A stretch of DNA of 64,000 nucleotides from Felis catus (lineage: Eukaryota). The stretch lies in assembly GCF_018350175.1 (NCBI RefSeq), contig NC_058368.1, forward strand, positions 171,060,001-171,124,000. The letters are read 5' to 3'. A program made the translations under genes and the position numbers. The notes beneath the pieces are model-generated. The model had not been told where the DNA came from and ran no database searches. It saw only the letters and a program-made list of their open reading frames with translations. Shown here one piece after another: positions 23,641 through 38,466 of this stretch; position 1 is the first letter of the stretch; every line of letters begins with the position of its first letter.

Positions 23641-24030
23641 GTGTTCTACGGGCCGAATTGTGCATCCCTCACATACAAAATTCCTGTCAGAAACCTACCC
23701 CCCAGTTGGAATGTGGGTATGTTTGGAGATAGGGTTTTTAAAGAGGCAGTTAAGTTAAAATGAGTTCATCAGGGTGGGCCCTAACCCAATAAAACTGGTG
23801 TCTTTATCAGGAGGAAATGAGGACACGGACACACATAGAGGAAAGACCATGTGAGGACACAGGGAGATGGTGACCATCGACAAGCCAAGGAAACAGCCTC
23901 AGAAGAAACCAGCCTTGCCGACAGGTTGACCTCAGAGTTCCAGACTCCAGAACTGTGGGAAAACAAACTTCTGTTGGTTAAGCCACCTAATCCTTGGTAC
24001 TCTGTCTTGACAGCCCTAGCAAATTAATAG
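23641..24030 (+). mobile_element. MaLR solo LTR (MLT1A-like)
   Basis: gggccgaattgtg start, tttggagatagggtttttaaagagg, cagcctcagaagaaaccagccttgc, and cagccctagcaaattaata end. Confidence 0.85.
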
Positions 24031-27000
24031 TGTGCTTTAAGTGCAATTAACAAAAACGTATAGGTTATGTCAAATACAATAGTTGTTGGAACCCGTCTCC
24101 ACAGGCTAAAGAAACAAAACCAACACTCAGCAAGCCATCCAGTTGTGCTGTCATCAGAGGAAATGGGGATGGCAGTGAGCAGATCTGGGAGGAGATCCAA
24201 CGGTTACCAGACGCAAGCCAAGGAAGATAGTGGGTTCAGGGTAAGGATGTAATGAGGTCCATGTGGGAAAGCACCCGATGGCCAGGAGGTCTCACTGCAA
24301 CTCTCAGTGGCCATAATAGCAATAGCACAAATGCAACCCCACAGGCTGCTGTACCCAGTCTTTTACCTGGTTCTGAATATCAGGTGCTGGTAATATATGG
24401 GTCAGAAAACAGAGGTAAGTTGATCTGTCTTCCTGAAGTCCATCTGTTCCTGCTGGACCCTAACCCTGTTCATTCTTTTTTGGTCCTGGTCAGCTGATGC
24501 TCCAAAGGTGGACACATGGCTCCAACTCATTCTATTCATTCAGTTTTCTGAATTCAAGTTCATGTTTTTCATGAAGGCCAATTAATCGAATTTTTTCTTT
24601 TTTAAACTTCATTGAGTTCTCTGTTGTTGGTAGTGGTTTACATCTCAGAAATGTAAGCGTTCTGAGTAATACACATGGCAGTACAAAACTATTGTTTTAT
24701 TAAACTAGTAAACCAAAGTTTGCCATAATCTTCCCAATAGAAGACTGTGTTCTTTTATCAAGAAGATACATATTCTTTTAAATTATTCTATATATTCCAT
24801 ACCTATTCTTTTAAATTATTCTATATATTCCATATATAAAATAGTTGTTTGCTCTTGCTCAAGCAAAATCCTCAAAACCCTCTGGAATACTATTCTTCCA
24901 GAAGTCAGGAACCAGAGAAACAAGCCATATCCTCAACAATTAAGAAAACCTGAGTGTTTGAGAAAATACAGAGGCAAGGAAAATTTTACTGTTTTAAACT
25001 GGAGAACATACAAAAGTTTTGCTTGAATTCTGGGAAAGGCTGAGTGTTCATGCTTGTCACTGAATATATTATTACTTGGTATCCAGATTAGAAAAATAAA
25101 ATGTGGGGGGAGTCAGAGACAACTCCTGCAAGGTCCTAAAACCACACAAACTAGATTATCATTTAAATTCTTTAAACCTATCCTAAGCTTTTCATTTAAA
25201 ATCTTGCAGCATGTTTTCCAATAGTATGGTCCACACGCAGAATCAAACAAATTGACATGTTTCCTGGTTCTAAATTTGTATTTTCCTCTCTTCACTTCTC
25301 TCTTTAGCAGTAGCTCTTTGAAGAGCCTGTTATAGGAGAATGACCCTCAAAGGAAGGTTCATGGCCATTTCAGAGCCTGAACATCACATATGTATATGGA
25401 GCTTATTAACTGGTTAACATACCTTCTTAGCAACCTGCTATGAAGATGTTGCATGGCTTGGTTGTTAATGACCACAATTATTCTATCCTTGGTGGAGTTC
25501 TGTGTGCTTAAGGAATGCACACACATGGCCCTTTTATGACTTAACAAGGACAGGTGCCCACCCGCTGCAATTAGGAAAACAGACCAGGGCAGCAGGTGTC
25601 CAACCTGCATAATTAATTCTTCAAACAGCAAAGTAGCATATTTCGTAATCTCTGCCAACTAAACAGTATGTGTGTGTGTCTGCGTGTGTACATGTTCTGT
25701 TCCGACTAATTGGCTGGGAGGTCATGAAAGCGGGTACTGTATTACAAGGAGAATTTATATGCATATACATGTACTTCATTTCTGCAGATACCTTTTGAAG
25801 TGGTGCTGTTAAGAATCTCCCTCAAAAGCTAGTCTGCTCCCAGGTGTTGTTGGCCATGTGAGAGGGCAGGATGTAAACTGAAACCATAAATGAGTTACAA
25901 GGATCATTTTCTCTGAACAGCATTACAGCAAAGATCAGATGGTGCCAAAAGATGATGCACTCAGCTCCCTCTCTCTAGAGACCTAGTCTTAGCGATCCGC
26001 CTAACCCCGCGAGTGCTGTCTGGAGATGGAGCACACCATGGAGGAAATGCCCTGCAACCAGAAGACAGATAAAAAGACAGAACACTGGGCCATTCAGATA
26101 ACATATGTCACCTGTGCGCACTCTGGAAAGCAGAGTAAGTGTTAGTTGGTGCCCAAGTTGGCAAACATTCTTGTTTGGGAACTAAATGAAACATGCAGCC
26201 ACCTAAATGCCACACACACACAGAAGCTGGCTGCGGTAACAATGGGTAATTACAGAGAAAGCATTGCAAACACCTGACTATTGCACTCAGCCATAAGTGC
26301 CGTCCTGCTAGAAAGGAAACCAGGACCTTTTAGGGCACTGCTGTATTACAGCACCTGCTGACACTCTCAGCTTTTCTGTGGCCTGACAAGTTCTTAACCT
26401 GTAGAAACAGGGGTAGAGGAGACAACTGGGTCTCAAGGAACAAGATGATGAGAGTTCACACTGGCTAAGCCCACTGGCATGAGCTTTGCTTTGGGTGCGT
26501 GTGTCCACTATGGGCACGGAAAACGTCCACGTTTTATTCCCATGCAGCGTGTTACTACCTGTTACAGGCAGGCGAGAGATTTAGAATTCTTTACTTTGTG
26601 AGTTGGGGTGTCTGAGACAAGCTGTGTAGACTTTCATAGTAGAATTCTTTAAATTCACTCTGCTCGTCATGAAGCCATCTTGAGAGGCCGCTGATGAATA
26701 TGTGGGAACCTGACAGCTGTGGAATTTTATTTCTAGATTTCAAGGAGGCAGAGAAAGGAAAAGGAAATCTCCTCGCTGGCAACAAAACGAAAGTGTTTAC
26801 ATGTGAAATTAATCGTCAGCGCAAAGAGCTTTCCCAGTCACTCTGTTCCACAATATAATATGCTGCTTGTTTAGCTGCTGAGTCTTTAAAATTTTGATCT
26901 CTAAGAATAATAGCAAAGACTTTCGAGAGGAGCCACGAATCAAGTCGGGAGCAAGCCACAAAAGGTTAACACAATGATCCAACTTTGCTTTGCCACCAAA

Positions 27001-29195
27001 GCAAAGACTGTTGTGTGATTTTTCAGGCTTTGATGGTGCCTGGTTTAAGGCAGGCTGCAGCGGCAGCTGGCTAATTTGAGCGTGGTGAACACCGAGGTCA
27101 GCTGCAAACGTGTGTTGCGCAAACTCCTCCTCTCACCCCTGCCTCATTCCTTTCCAACAGGAACATGCTCAGCACAAAGCAATCCACCTAAAGACTCCAT
27201 AAATCCAAAAAAGGGAGTTACTGATCGAGGAATTCTCAGATTTCTGCCAAGGCACCCTCCCCTGGGCTGGAGGTCAGCCTGGTACAGTAATCCGAGCCAA
27301 ACTGTGGACTGGACTCAAGGAATTAAGTTGAATGCTTCAAATCTTGACTTTTAATGGACGATTTTTCTTTTCGGTGATGAAGACAAAACAAAGTACAAAC
27401 AGCTGATAACAGCCCAAAGTAAACCAGAAGAGTAAGTACGAGAACAAAGCTTGGACACAAATCTCATAAGGGATATCTAAGGAGAGATTTTTCCAAACAA
27501 AGGGAAAAAATAAAGCAGCTTTTTAAAGCTCTGGTTTGAGATTAAGCAGTTTGTGAATGAACAATAAGAAAGTAAAGGCCACAAAACAAGATATTTGCTC
27601 TTTTCAGCAGAAAAAAAAAATACTGGCCTTTGTTAACTAGCAGCAAAACAAAAAAAAAGGGGGCCCCTCAGGCATTTAAGCACAGCATAAGTTTTTCCTT
27701 GACCCCATGACCTCAACAAATATGTTAATAAAATCTTTTACCTCCCTGGAGTGGAACCAGACTAAATATTTACTTAACACATTGGGTTTCTAAGTCTGGA
27801 CCACCTTATTCCTTCATACAAATTGGGTTTTACTTGTAATCAGAAACACTATATTTTGCAATGTTTCTTCTACTTTTAAGATGAAAGATGAGAAGGGAGG
27901 GGAAGAAGAAAAAGAAGGAAGGCCCCGGGGGTGAGGGGAGAAAGGGAGAAAAAGAAGAAAACTATACTGCGCTCACTATGACAAAGGGCACTTGTGAATT
28001 TCTGCATGGTATTTTCTGTCACAAACGAGGGTAATGCTGCTGATATGCTTTCCAATATCAGACATCTGGAGCTAGCAGGACTTTTTCCAAGCACATTCCA
28101 AGGTTAATGGGAAACATCTCGTCTTGCTTTTATTAGCTGGTTTAAGTAATGTTAGGTATGCTGAGTTTCACCTTCAAATAACTATAAGAAGTCTGATTTC
28201 TATTCACCAAGAATGCCATTTTTTCCTCTTGTCCCAAAGTATGTGCTACTCACGAAAACCTTATGAAAATTTTCACCAACATAAAAGTCCTCCAAAATCA
28301 GTTTCTTTTGTTAAAGGCTTCAAAGACTAGTATTTTTTTTTTTTATCTAGACCTAAGAATTTTGGACTTTTCTTGCTCTAGGTGGATGATGAGATAGCCA
28401 GTTGCTTTTGAGGAGTTTGTGGAAATATCAAAGCATTCCTTTTGCTGACAAGTTCAAGACTGAGTTTTCCAGAAAGTGTGCATGTTGTCCCCAAGTGCTC
28501 ATTCCCAAAGAAATCACTCATTCTTCCCATCGGTGTGCCCTCTTCTACTGGCAACTGCAAATAAATCCCCCAGCCCAAGCCACTCTGCAGCTTCACGCTT
28601 GCCCCGCACTGCCTTGGTCATTTAAAGACTGCTACCTCTTCAACAGCATCATAACAGATCACCAAATTTGGAGGGAAAAAGTCATTTCTATTGCAAGAGG
28701 CTATAATTAAAAGTAGTTTAAATCAGATGCTAGCTGATTGTCTTATAAGTTTGGCTTTTAAAAAAGGAAAAATACAGTCAGATCTGTACCCACATGCTGT
28801 AAGTGCTCAGGTCACAGAGAGGCCACTAAGAAGTTTCCATAACCTGTCCTCTGCAAAAACTGGCAAAAAACTAAAAGTACCAGAGGATAAGAGTAAGATT
28901 AGGATGGATGTGCCCCCATGCACCACCTGGATTTTCAACCTCACTGGCAGGAGGCATGGTCTGATTTAGGAGGGATGAGGGCTCAGTCAGGCAGTACTGT
29001 GGGAAGCAAACAAGACCCAAAGGGGCAGCCACCCACCCAAATTGATGTAGGGTTTCAGGGCTGGGAGTCACCAAAGACACACATACATCAAGAGTGTGAA
29101 GGTAACTGCAAAAGGAAGAGGAATGCCAACTTGGGAGGCAAAATTACCTCACTTATATTCTAATGGACATGAAAAAGGTAGTATTAGAAACTCAA

Positions 29196-29423
29196 GGGGT
29201 GCCTGGGTGGCTCAGTAGGTTGAGCGTCCAACTTCAGCCCAGGTCATGATCTCAAGGTTTGTGAGTTCGAGTCCTGCATCATTCTCTGTGCTAACAGCTT
29301 AGAGCCTGCAGCCTGTTTCAGATTCTGTGTCTTCTTCTCTCTCGGCCCCTCCCCAACTCATGCTCTGTCTCTCTCTCTCTCTCTCTCTCTCAAAAATAAA
29401 CATTACCAAAAAAAATAAAACAA
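29196..29423 (+). mobile_element. CAN-SINE (SINEC_Fc) in the long NREP intron
   Basis: ggggtgcctgggtggctcagtagg head, (CT)n, A tail and TSD agaaactca. Confidence 0.93.
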
Positions 29424-30632
29424 AGAAACTCAGGCCTTGATTCTAAGTCCTGACTACATTCTCCAACAACACAATACTTTGATCTCATGTTTTTGGGTTC
29501 CCCCCCCCACCTCAGTCTCTCTTCCCTTGTAAACCAATCATTAAAACTTGACTCCTCCAAAGGAAGAGAACTATGAACAATACACAGGAGTTGCTGGAAC
29601 CCACACAGGGAGAGTATGTAAATCTGGAGACCCCAGTTTTCTGTGGAAATGCACACACGGGTTCACTATAATGTCTTTAGGCATGTTTCCCAGGTGTGCT
29701 TATTTAATCCTCGGTGTGGTTCCAAGGATGAAATTCACCAATACATCACAGTGCCGCAACAGGTTGAGGCACACGTGTAAGGGGATCTGGACTGGCTGCC
29801 ATTTTCCATCATCCTCATCATTTTACAGATGAGAATCCTGAGGGAGACACATCAGGGAGCCTGCCCACAGAACCCAGCAGTAGAGAAGGCAGGATGCAAA
29901 CCCAGCCTCTCCTCTCATAGAATACTGTCTGTCGACATGGACCTCCTCTGCCAGTTCCCCAGGGCCACCTAGAGTGCCGACATAAGCTCCCCCGAGTGCC
30001 GGGGCCGGTTTTCAATACCCCAAGTACAGGAGACGCTGAGCATCTCTGCTTCGTGCCCTAATGCTGAATTTCTGACACCTACTATCAAGAGGCATTTTCT
30101 CAAAAATATTTGTTGCTCTGCTGCCTGTGTTGCCCTTCAAAAATAACTTACCTAAAAACCAATTAGCACTGTCTGAGGGCAGAGAGGGTTTGCTCTCCAG
30201 TATCCATGTGTTGCCACAGTCCTTGAGGAAAGACTGCTTTTAGACCAGCAACTCTGGCTTGGTTACGTTAAGACTTTGGATCTAATTAAACCCAAGCTAC
30301 ACTGGTCATCACACTTTTGTCTTTTTTCAATTTTCCGTGGAAGGAAATGTTTAGAACAAAACAAGTATCTAGCAATGGCTGCAGCTAATTACAAAGGGCA
30401 TTTACTGAGAAACCAAATTGTTTTAATATGACCCCCAAATGAACTCTCAAACAACTTCGCAGAGGGCCTAGCAATGCACAGTCTAATTCAGAAGATCTTT
30501 CTTTCATCAAATGTATTTGAAATCATGTTCACCGTAACTTTGCTTTCCAATATTTCAATTTAAAAACAAACTGCTTAAAGGAGAATTAAAACCTTATCTT
30601 TATCAATGATCTTCAAATCTACAAACCATATA

Positions 30633-30910
30633 TATTTGACCCTTTAACAACATGGGGTTCAGAGGCACCAACGGCTTGTGCAAAAATCTGTGTGCAATTT
30701 TTACCCCCCCCCAAACTTAACAGCCATAATTAACACATTTCATATGTCATATGTACTATATGCTGTATTCTCGCAATAAAGGAAGCTAGAGAAAAGGAAA
30801 TGTTATTAAGAAAATCACAAGGAAAATACATTTACTGTCCTGTATCTATAAAAAATCTGCATGTAAGTGGACCGGCACAGTTCAAACCTGTGTTGTTCAA
30901 GGGTCAACTC
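30633..30910. mobile_element. TcMar-Tigger MITE (Tigger2/MER8-like)
   Basis: TIRs ttgaccctttaacaaca and tgttgttcaagggtcaact, flanked by TA dinucleotides (30631-30632 and 30911-30912). Confidence 0.85.
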
Positions 30911-33900
30911 TACTACATAAAAATATGAAATCATCCTAGTGGAGGAAGAAAAGAAACACTCATTAGCCCAGAGAGACAGTGTATAAACTACTAAGAATGG
31001 TAATTCAAGAAAGAGAAACAAATTTAACCTGACTCCGTTTGGAAACATTTAATTAATGCAGAAGAAATGCAGATATTCCTAAAGTCAGAAAAATGGAAAA
31101 ACAGAGACGGGGTAACAAGCCAATTAGCTATTATCATGAAAGCACTAAAGAGCAAATAACAAAGCAGGTGATCCTCAGATTACACTGATGCAATGTATTC
31201 CATCCCACTCAAAAATACAGCGTCCCTCTGGCTTTGTCTAAACAGTGTAAGAACAGCTGATAAAAATTCACAATAATCAGATGAATTGCTCTAGGATGCC
31301 AAAGAACAAATTTAATTGAATCCCTGATTGAATTGATTGTGACAGTGTAGACAGTTAAGCTTCATATAATAAAATTAAAACTTTAAAAGCAGTCATCATG
31401 AAAAAAAAAGGAAAAAGAGTATGCTTAATAAAGATGAGAAGATGTGGAGACTTGGCTCCCAGACCTTGATAACAAGATCAGAACAATTTAAGATTCTATT
31501 ATCAAGAAGTGAGCAAAATATGCAAGGGCCTGGGGCATTTCATGATGTATGATTAGACCCAAGTCTCCATAGGGCAGCATGAAATGGACACTCAGTTATG
31601 GTCCAGAGCATCCAGGCTTCAGAAACAGTCAAATCCACTTAAGGAAGGATCAAAATTATGAACATGAGGACTCAGAGAAGATGTGGGCAGAATTTCTGAT
31701 GCTGTATTAACTGAATTGGTTGGGTATATAATCTCAATTATCCAACCAATCAAAAAATATTTGCTGTGTCCTTAATTTTGGTGAGGTATTCACTATTTGG
31801 TAGGTAGCTTTCAGTCCTATAGAATGAACATCTTACCAAGAGTACATCCCATTACTTTGGGCTGGAAGTGCCAAAGCAGCAAGCACATTTCTTCAAAAGA
31901 GTTTTTTTTTCCCCTTGGAACTAAGCCATCAAATCCTGGGGTGTCTGTGCAGGAAAGGACTGGACTTGTAATTAAGTCCTGTTTTCAAAACTGAATTCTC
32001 TGAACCATACAACAACTGGAAGTCCCTGATAGTGCATGTTTCAAAGAGTGGTTCCTTTCCCGGCCCACTCTTCATTCCTTCAGCCAGCATTCACCGAGTC
32101 CCCCACAATGCAGCAGGCACTGGGCTAAGTGTTCAGCCATGTGCTGCCAAACCCACACAGCACACTGACAGGCTAAGATTCAGCAAATGCCTGGCAAAAC
32201 AAGAACAGACTTTCAGATCATGATCCCAGTAAGCCTTCTGGGTAACTTTCACTACCATCATTTAATGAAGGGCATGAAACAGTACTTCTTGGAAAAGTAC
32301 TTAGTAGCAATCCCTTACTTGGGTCATGTTTATTACTATCTTAGTAAGTTTTATCCATCTGACTATCAACTCTAGCTTTTCCTTGACAGTTCTGAATGTC
32401 GGTTGCCTAAGATGCAGTATCTTCTCCTAATTTCTCTTCTTTCCTGTCCAAGAACAGGTTTTCCATCCGACACTGACTTTATCCAACAAAAGCGTCCTCA
32501 AAATGCCTGGACCCACTTTAAACACAACAACTTTTGTAGATTTCTCCCTGTTCAGCCACCAGACTGCAGTACTTTTCCCCGCTGGATTTGTATCAAACGC
32601 AGTTCAGACAGGAAGGCTGTTACCTGCCCCAGTAATCAAAGGACAGTGGCGTGTGATGGTGATCTGAGTACCGGTTGGAGTGGAGAAGGGAGAGGAGCTA
32701 GAACTGGACAACCACACCAGAACTTCTGTGCACATTATGAATCTCCCTCTTGTTTTAATTACTTTTTGGTAGGAGTCTTTGGCTCATATTATTACTGGCA
32801 ATGACTGCTGAGCTATTCTCCCTTTCTTTCCAATCAATGGCTCTGGTTCCCAATTTCAGCTTAAAAGGGGCAAACAGACCTTCCTTTCATTGGCCACGTT
32901 CTCTTATGTATCTTCTCTTTCTCCTTTTCAAACACGAGTCCCATTTGTATTTTTGTCTATGAAAGTAAGGATGAATGCTGAACAAGCACAGCCTAAAGTC
33001 AAGGGCTTCAAAACATCTCCAGCTAGATAATCCTAACACTTTTAAGGCACAACGTTAAAATGGGAGCCACTCGAAGGTAATAATAGGCCATGATTATATT
33101 TATGAAGATTTCATTACCTTGTGAAACCAAAGCTGATTATGCTTTACCATCATGACTGCCTCAGTCAGGTTGCTGAGACACAAACTGTGGACCTGCTAGA
33201 AAAACAGCATTAATAACCCAGCACATAATGGCTCTCCACAGCAATGTTGCAGATGAGACGGGTGACTCTACCCTGAGAGGAGATTCCTCTTTCAGCAGGC
33301 CATTCCAAGTGAACTTTTTGGACTCTTTTAGGACCTCTTCCGTCAAAAGAAGTATAAAAGAAAGGAGCACCAAATGTAGGAGTTGTTCCTGTACTGTGTG
33401 TAGGTTTCACTTAGCTATCCCCCTACCTCCTTACCACCGAGCTACCTTTAATGATTATTGCGAGGGGCTTTTCAGTAGTAAATTCAAAATCTACCTGTGC
33501 TCATCTCATTTCCTGGGCCATAAATTTTATAACCTGAGCTGTCACAATTCTGCAGAGTATTAGGCTGTTACTAGCTATAAATCTCAAGGTGAGTCGCCTG
33601 GTTCTGCCCAGAAATAACAGATCTCCATGTTTCCCCAACTACTGACTCATTCATTTATTCCACAGACATTTATTGATAACTAAGGATGTGCCAGATCCTG
33701 GATAGGTACTGAAGCAACAATCAGACTGGTTCAGAGACATGGGATCTGTTCCAACGTCCCATTAGGACATGTCAATGAAAGTTAGGGTTTCCTTCCACTG
33801 TGCAGAAAGAGAATGCCAGTCAACTTCACTAGCTGTTCTAGAGTTCCCTCTCAGTGATGAAACTTTTCCACATCTGAATTCACCATCCTGACTAGAGAGG

Positions 33901-36900
33901 AAAAGGAAACAAAACAAAACAAAACACAAGGCATCACAGTCTCAACTGCTACCAAAGAGAGAGGTGATGATGCCCATGTACTAGTGGTCAGTGTTCTTGT
34001 TTCAAGTTTACAGACCTGGAGGGTAGAAAAACAGATGGGCAGAAATAAACCAGCCAACAAGTAGAATGTTGTGTGATGACTGTATAGAGAAAGCATGAGA
34101 TTATTCCTATTGGATATGCAGGGGTGAGTTTTGTAGAGGAGCTGTTATTTAAACTCAGTCTTGAAGAATGGCTTTATTCTGTCAGAAGGAGCCTTCTTTC
34201 TAGGATTGAGTAAGCAAAGGCACAGAGGGACTCCTGGGGTATGTTTAGAGTAACAAGTGCCTGGTTCCTCTAGGAAAATATATTCCATTGTGGCCAGAAA
34301 TAAGATTCGTTTACATGGTTCCTGACATGACTGCCCACTGACAGAAACTAAATTTATGAAGGTCTAAACACAGAAATTAAAAAATAAATTATTTAAAAGT
34401 ATGAGGTGAGAGTAGGCATAAAGAATTCAAGGAATGACATTTACCTATGTTACTTTTACCAAGAGAATCAGGTAAGTCCAGCCTCATCTGAAGGGACTAA
34501 AAGAGTTAGTGAAGTCATTTCACATTGAAAATCTTGAAGCTGATGTAGTCTAAGCTACGAGTCTAGGCTGTAACCAGAAGAAATTCAAGGAAAATCCTTC
34601 TCAGTCTTGGCTTTCCCCAACTTCTGTGTGTCATGTGATGAGATTCCCTTCAAATGGTCACTAGACTATTGACCAACTTAGTAACAGCCTGTAGGCCTCA
34701 AACTGTAAACAATTTTATGATGATGATGTCAGTGTTGGCTTGAATTTTGAGTAAGTATGTCTGACTAATCAGGAAGAAGTGGAAAGAGGGAACCAACCGG
34801 GTACATGTGGTTACAACTGATTAGCACGTGGCTCCACCCAGTTAGCCTCATGAAGGGAAGTGTGGTGCCTCCTCTCAGGCAGCAGTAACGCCCTCTCTGG
34901 CCTCATGGGCGCTAATGAACCTGCTGTAATTGGCCAGTGGAAGTGGTGCTACCTTCTCAATAGAAAGGGGTTAACAGTGCTCCCTTCTTCTTTCCCAATT
35001 CCTTGTAGCTAGGGGCCAGCCTTCTCTCCACCACTCCACCCCAGCCTGAGGACAGGGAGATGCAACAACAAAATAAGCTACCATCTAGCCAGGAGTATAT
35101 AGAAGTGTGTGTTCCTTTCTGTTGGGCACAATCAAAAGGCAAAGAAGCGGACAGGTTGGAACCCGAGTGATGGCCTTGGGCCAACTCTAAGATGCTGGCT
35201 TGGTGGCTTCCTATAGCTTAGCACATCAAGTCCTTGGCTTCTAGATCTAGTTTGTGCGGTCTGTGCTTGATGGCACAGAGGCCCTAAACAGGACAGTCTC
35301 TACTGTGTACAAATGCATCGTGCTTACTCTTGCAAGCATATGTTTCTAATGTATTCCCTTCATCTGGAATATGCTTCTCTCTCATCTAAATCTATCCAAA
35401 TATTCTTAGTTCTTCATTCACTTAATAATTATTAAGGACTAGTGTTAAGCCCGAGGGATAAAAGCTTAAGAAGGCATCACACCTGCTGTCAAGGAGCAAA
35501 TAGTCCACTCCTAGGTTTTCAGTTGAGTGCCAACTCCAACCAATTATTAACGGAACTCTATACTGAGGATTCTGAAATCCGATTCAGGCTGAATAATAAT
35601 AATGGGTATATCAAGCTTGATTAGCAATGTCTGCCACATGGGTAGCAGGAGTTCGTGATGGCATGCATGCCGTATACTTGCCATCTCTGGGTCTGGCTTA
35701 ATTTCTACCTCCTAAAAAAAAAAATTTCCCCTACAATCCCCATTCCCCAGTGTTCAATAGTATCATTCTTCTGCATCTTACAATTTAGAACTAGATTCTA
35801 TTGCATTACATTAAATTTGTCACACATGTTAGCCTTCTTTCCACAACTAAAATCTAAGCTGAGGGCACAGGTCAAGTGTGCATCTTCTGTAATGAAAAGA
35901 ACCAAGCACAAATAAAATGCTCAAAAAATACTTGTTCAGTTGACATGGGAATAGATGCACAATCGCACCAAGAACTTTTCTCATTTTCTTCAGTACTCTC
36001 TAGTCATGGCACCTTTGTGTTCTCGAGGTCATTTCCATAATATCACAGAATCTGATTATAAAGTGGGGGATTTAAAGTTCCAGTACTGGGATCAAAGCTC
36101 CTCCTGGATCCTGGAGGGGATTTTTATGGCTACAGGAAAAGTTACTGTTAGCTCTAAGTTACCACAGCTGGATCAAACCTAGCATATCACCAGGTTGATC
36201 AGAGTGTGGCTCCAAAGCTGGTAAATGTGAGCAATTGCAAGCCACTCTCTTTTGGCAAGTGGCTTTCTGGACTAACCACAATTTTTTTCTCTTGTTAGTA
36301 AATAATAGAAAATGACTGACTGTGAAAACTAAAATTATATTCACTTCAACTTCCTACCTCTTAAGAAGGTAAGGGTACAAGTTACTTCCAGATCACCAAA
36401 ACTAAACATGATAAAGTCTGAAGGATGAATTTTTAAAAGTCCAACCCAATATTTATTGAACTTCTAACATATATTTAAAACTTTATTAAGCGCTCTATGT
36501 GAAATTTACAAACCCTCTGGGAGCCTGTAATTTATTTGGTTAATGAAAGAAATGAGTATGATCCAACCAACCAATAATGCAGGAGAGTATAATCTAGTGT
36601 TACACCCAGGTTAACACCATGTCATGGCTACTAATAACTGAATTGATATTTAGAATTTAGTTGAGAGCCATGTTAATGCTTAAATCCCAAACCATTAGAG
36701 CTGCTAAACCATTAGCTGCTGCTAATCATGCCCTCACAGATCAATTTCAGGGTCACTGCTATTTTTTAAACCAGTAAGATAGAAATCTTTGAAGCTGTCC
36801 CTACCTGCAAAATATGTCTAGAAATACCCATTTCAGATAAATTTAGACCCAATAAATGGTATTTTTAGCAACCATGATTTCTACAGATGTGGGCTGAGAT

Positions 36901-38385
36901 TTATGGTTAATCTGTTTTCCAGTTCAAAGCAAAGGAACAGTTTAAAATTGGAATCTTTTAATATATCGTGATCAACCAAGATGACATAGTCCAAGTACAT
37001 TCAATACATTTTCCTCTGGTATATTCAAATTGGATTTGCGGATATGATTTCCTTATCCCTAGTCTTTTCCCGTAGAACAAAGGAATTACACAGATAATTC
37101 AGGCAAATCCTTCCCACTCCTACATCACTCCAGGAACATTCTGAATAACCAAGATGAATCAGATGAAATCAAGCTTTTTGTTTTGTTTTAAGCGTAATTA
37201 TTCTGATAACTATGTCAGTGCTCCATTTCACTTTGGCTGTGAGGATAAGACCTTAGGAGACTTTTCAGCCAGGAACAGCACTAAGGAAAAACATGTGGAA
37301 GACCAAGGGAGCCGGTATTTCACCCCAGGGCTCCCCATCCCCAGTGTGGATGGATACTTAACGTATAACGCTTGTATAGAGGTTCCTCATCTAATTTAGT
37401 GAAGTATTCACATTTTAGAAGTTTATTTTTCTACTTCAGAAGTACTCATTTCAGGATTTCAAATAAAATGAATGTCTTTAGTATTTGATGATGATCTGCT
37501 TTACATACAAGTTTTTAAGAATTCCATCAGGTTAAAATAGAGTGAGACTCTAAATAACTGTTTATTCAAAGATTTCTGCTCAAATGCCTTCTACCTGAAT
37601 TATCTATATAACTCAAGATGAAGCTGGGCTGGGGTTAAAGCCGGATAGATCATCCCTACTGTCCTAATTCCCCAAACAATCCCCAATCTCCCCCTTACAG
37701 TGCGCCTGGAAGGCCTTGTGTAAAATAGCACCAGATAAAATTACCCTCCTAGGTACTCTTCGGCAACTCCACAATCAACTGAGCAACCTATAAATTTACA
37801 TTCCAAAGCCCAATGGCACAGCGACCAATAGTACCTCATTCCTCCTCAATCTTTGTCTTTCTCCTTTAAATAAGAAAACCTTATGTTAATGGGGAGATTA
37901 TTGAAAGAGTCTCCTTGTAAGCCATGAATGCCACTTCACAGACTGTACAAAAAGCAGAGCTCTATGAACAGTACAATAGAGTCAACTCATCTTTGTGAAA
38001 AGCTCAGCATCAGCCTTACAGAGAACTTAAATAGTTCCAATTCCTAGATCTCTATTAAAACATAATGAGTCCATGCTTATGCCACTGTGAGTCCATGCAC
38101 ACACATACGCAAAGGCAAGTTTACTGCACAGAGGGCAGTCATATTGTAAATCAGGACTTAACCTTGACATTGGATTACATTATTTTTTCAAGCTATTCAA
38201 GATCATCTGCTCATTCTGAAGTATTTTCTTCTCATTGATGTATCTGAATCAAGTACCTTTAAGATAAAACACCTAAATACCAAAAACCCATACAAAATAA
38301 ATCTTAGATATTCAAATTTAGCAAAAAGCCAAATATAAATTAAATACTGAAAATCTCTGCAGACTTGCAATATCTTGTTAATTGC

Positions 38386-38390
38386 AATAA

Positions 38391-38433
<43 letters not shown>

Positions 38434-38466
38434 AATAAAATAAAATAAAATAAAATAAAACAAAAC
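38386..38466. repeat. (TAAA)n(TAAAA)n(CAAAA) compound microsatellite
   Basis: Directly visible. Confidence 0.95.

Noticed and set aside
34940..37735. Additional miR-29 8mer matches (plus strand at about 34944, minus strand at about 37726)
   Set aside because: They are intronic seed-only matches with no 3' pairing, and about this many are expected by chance.
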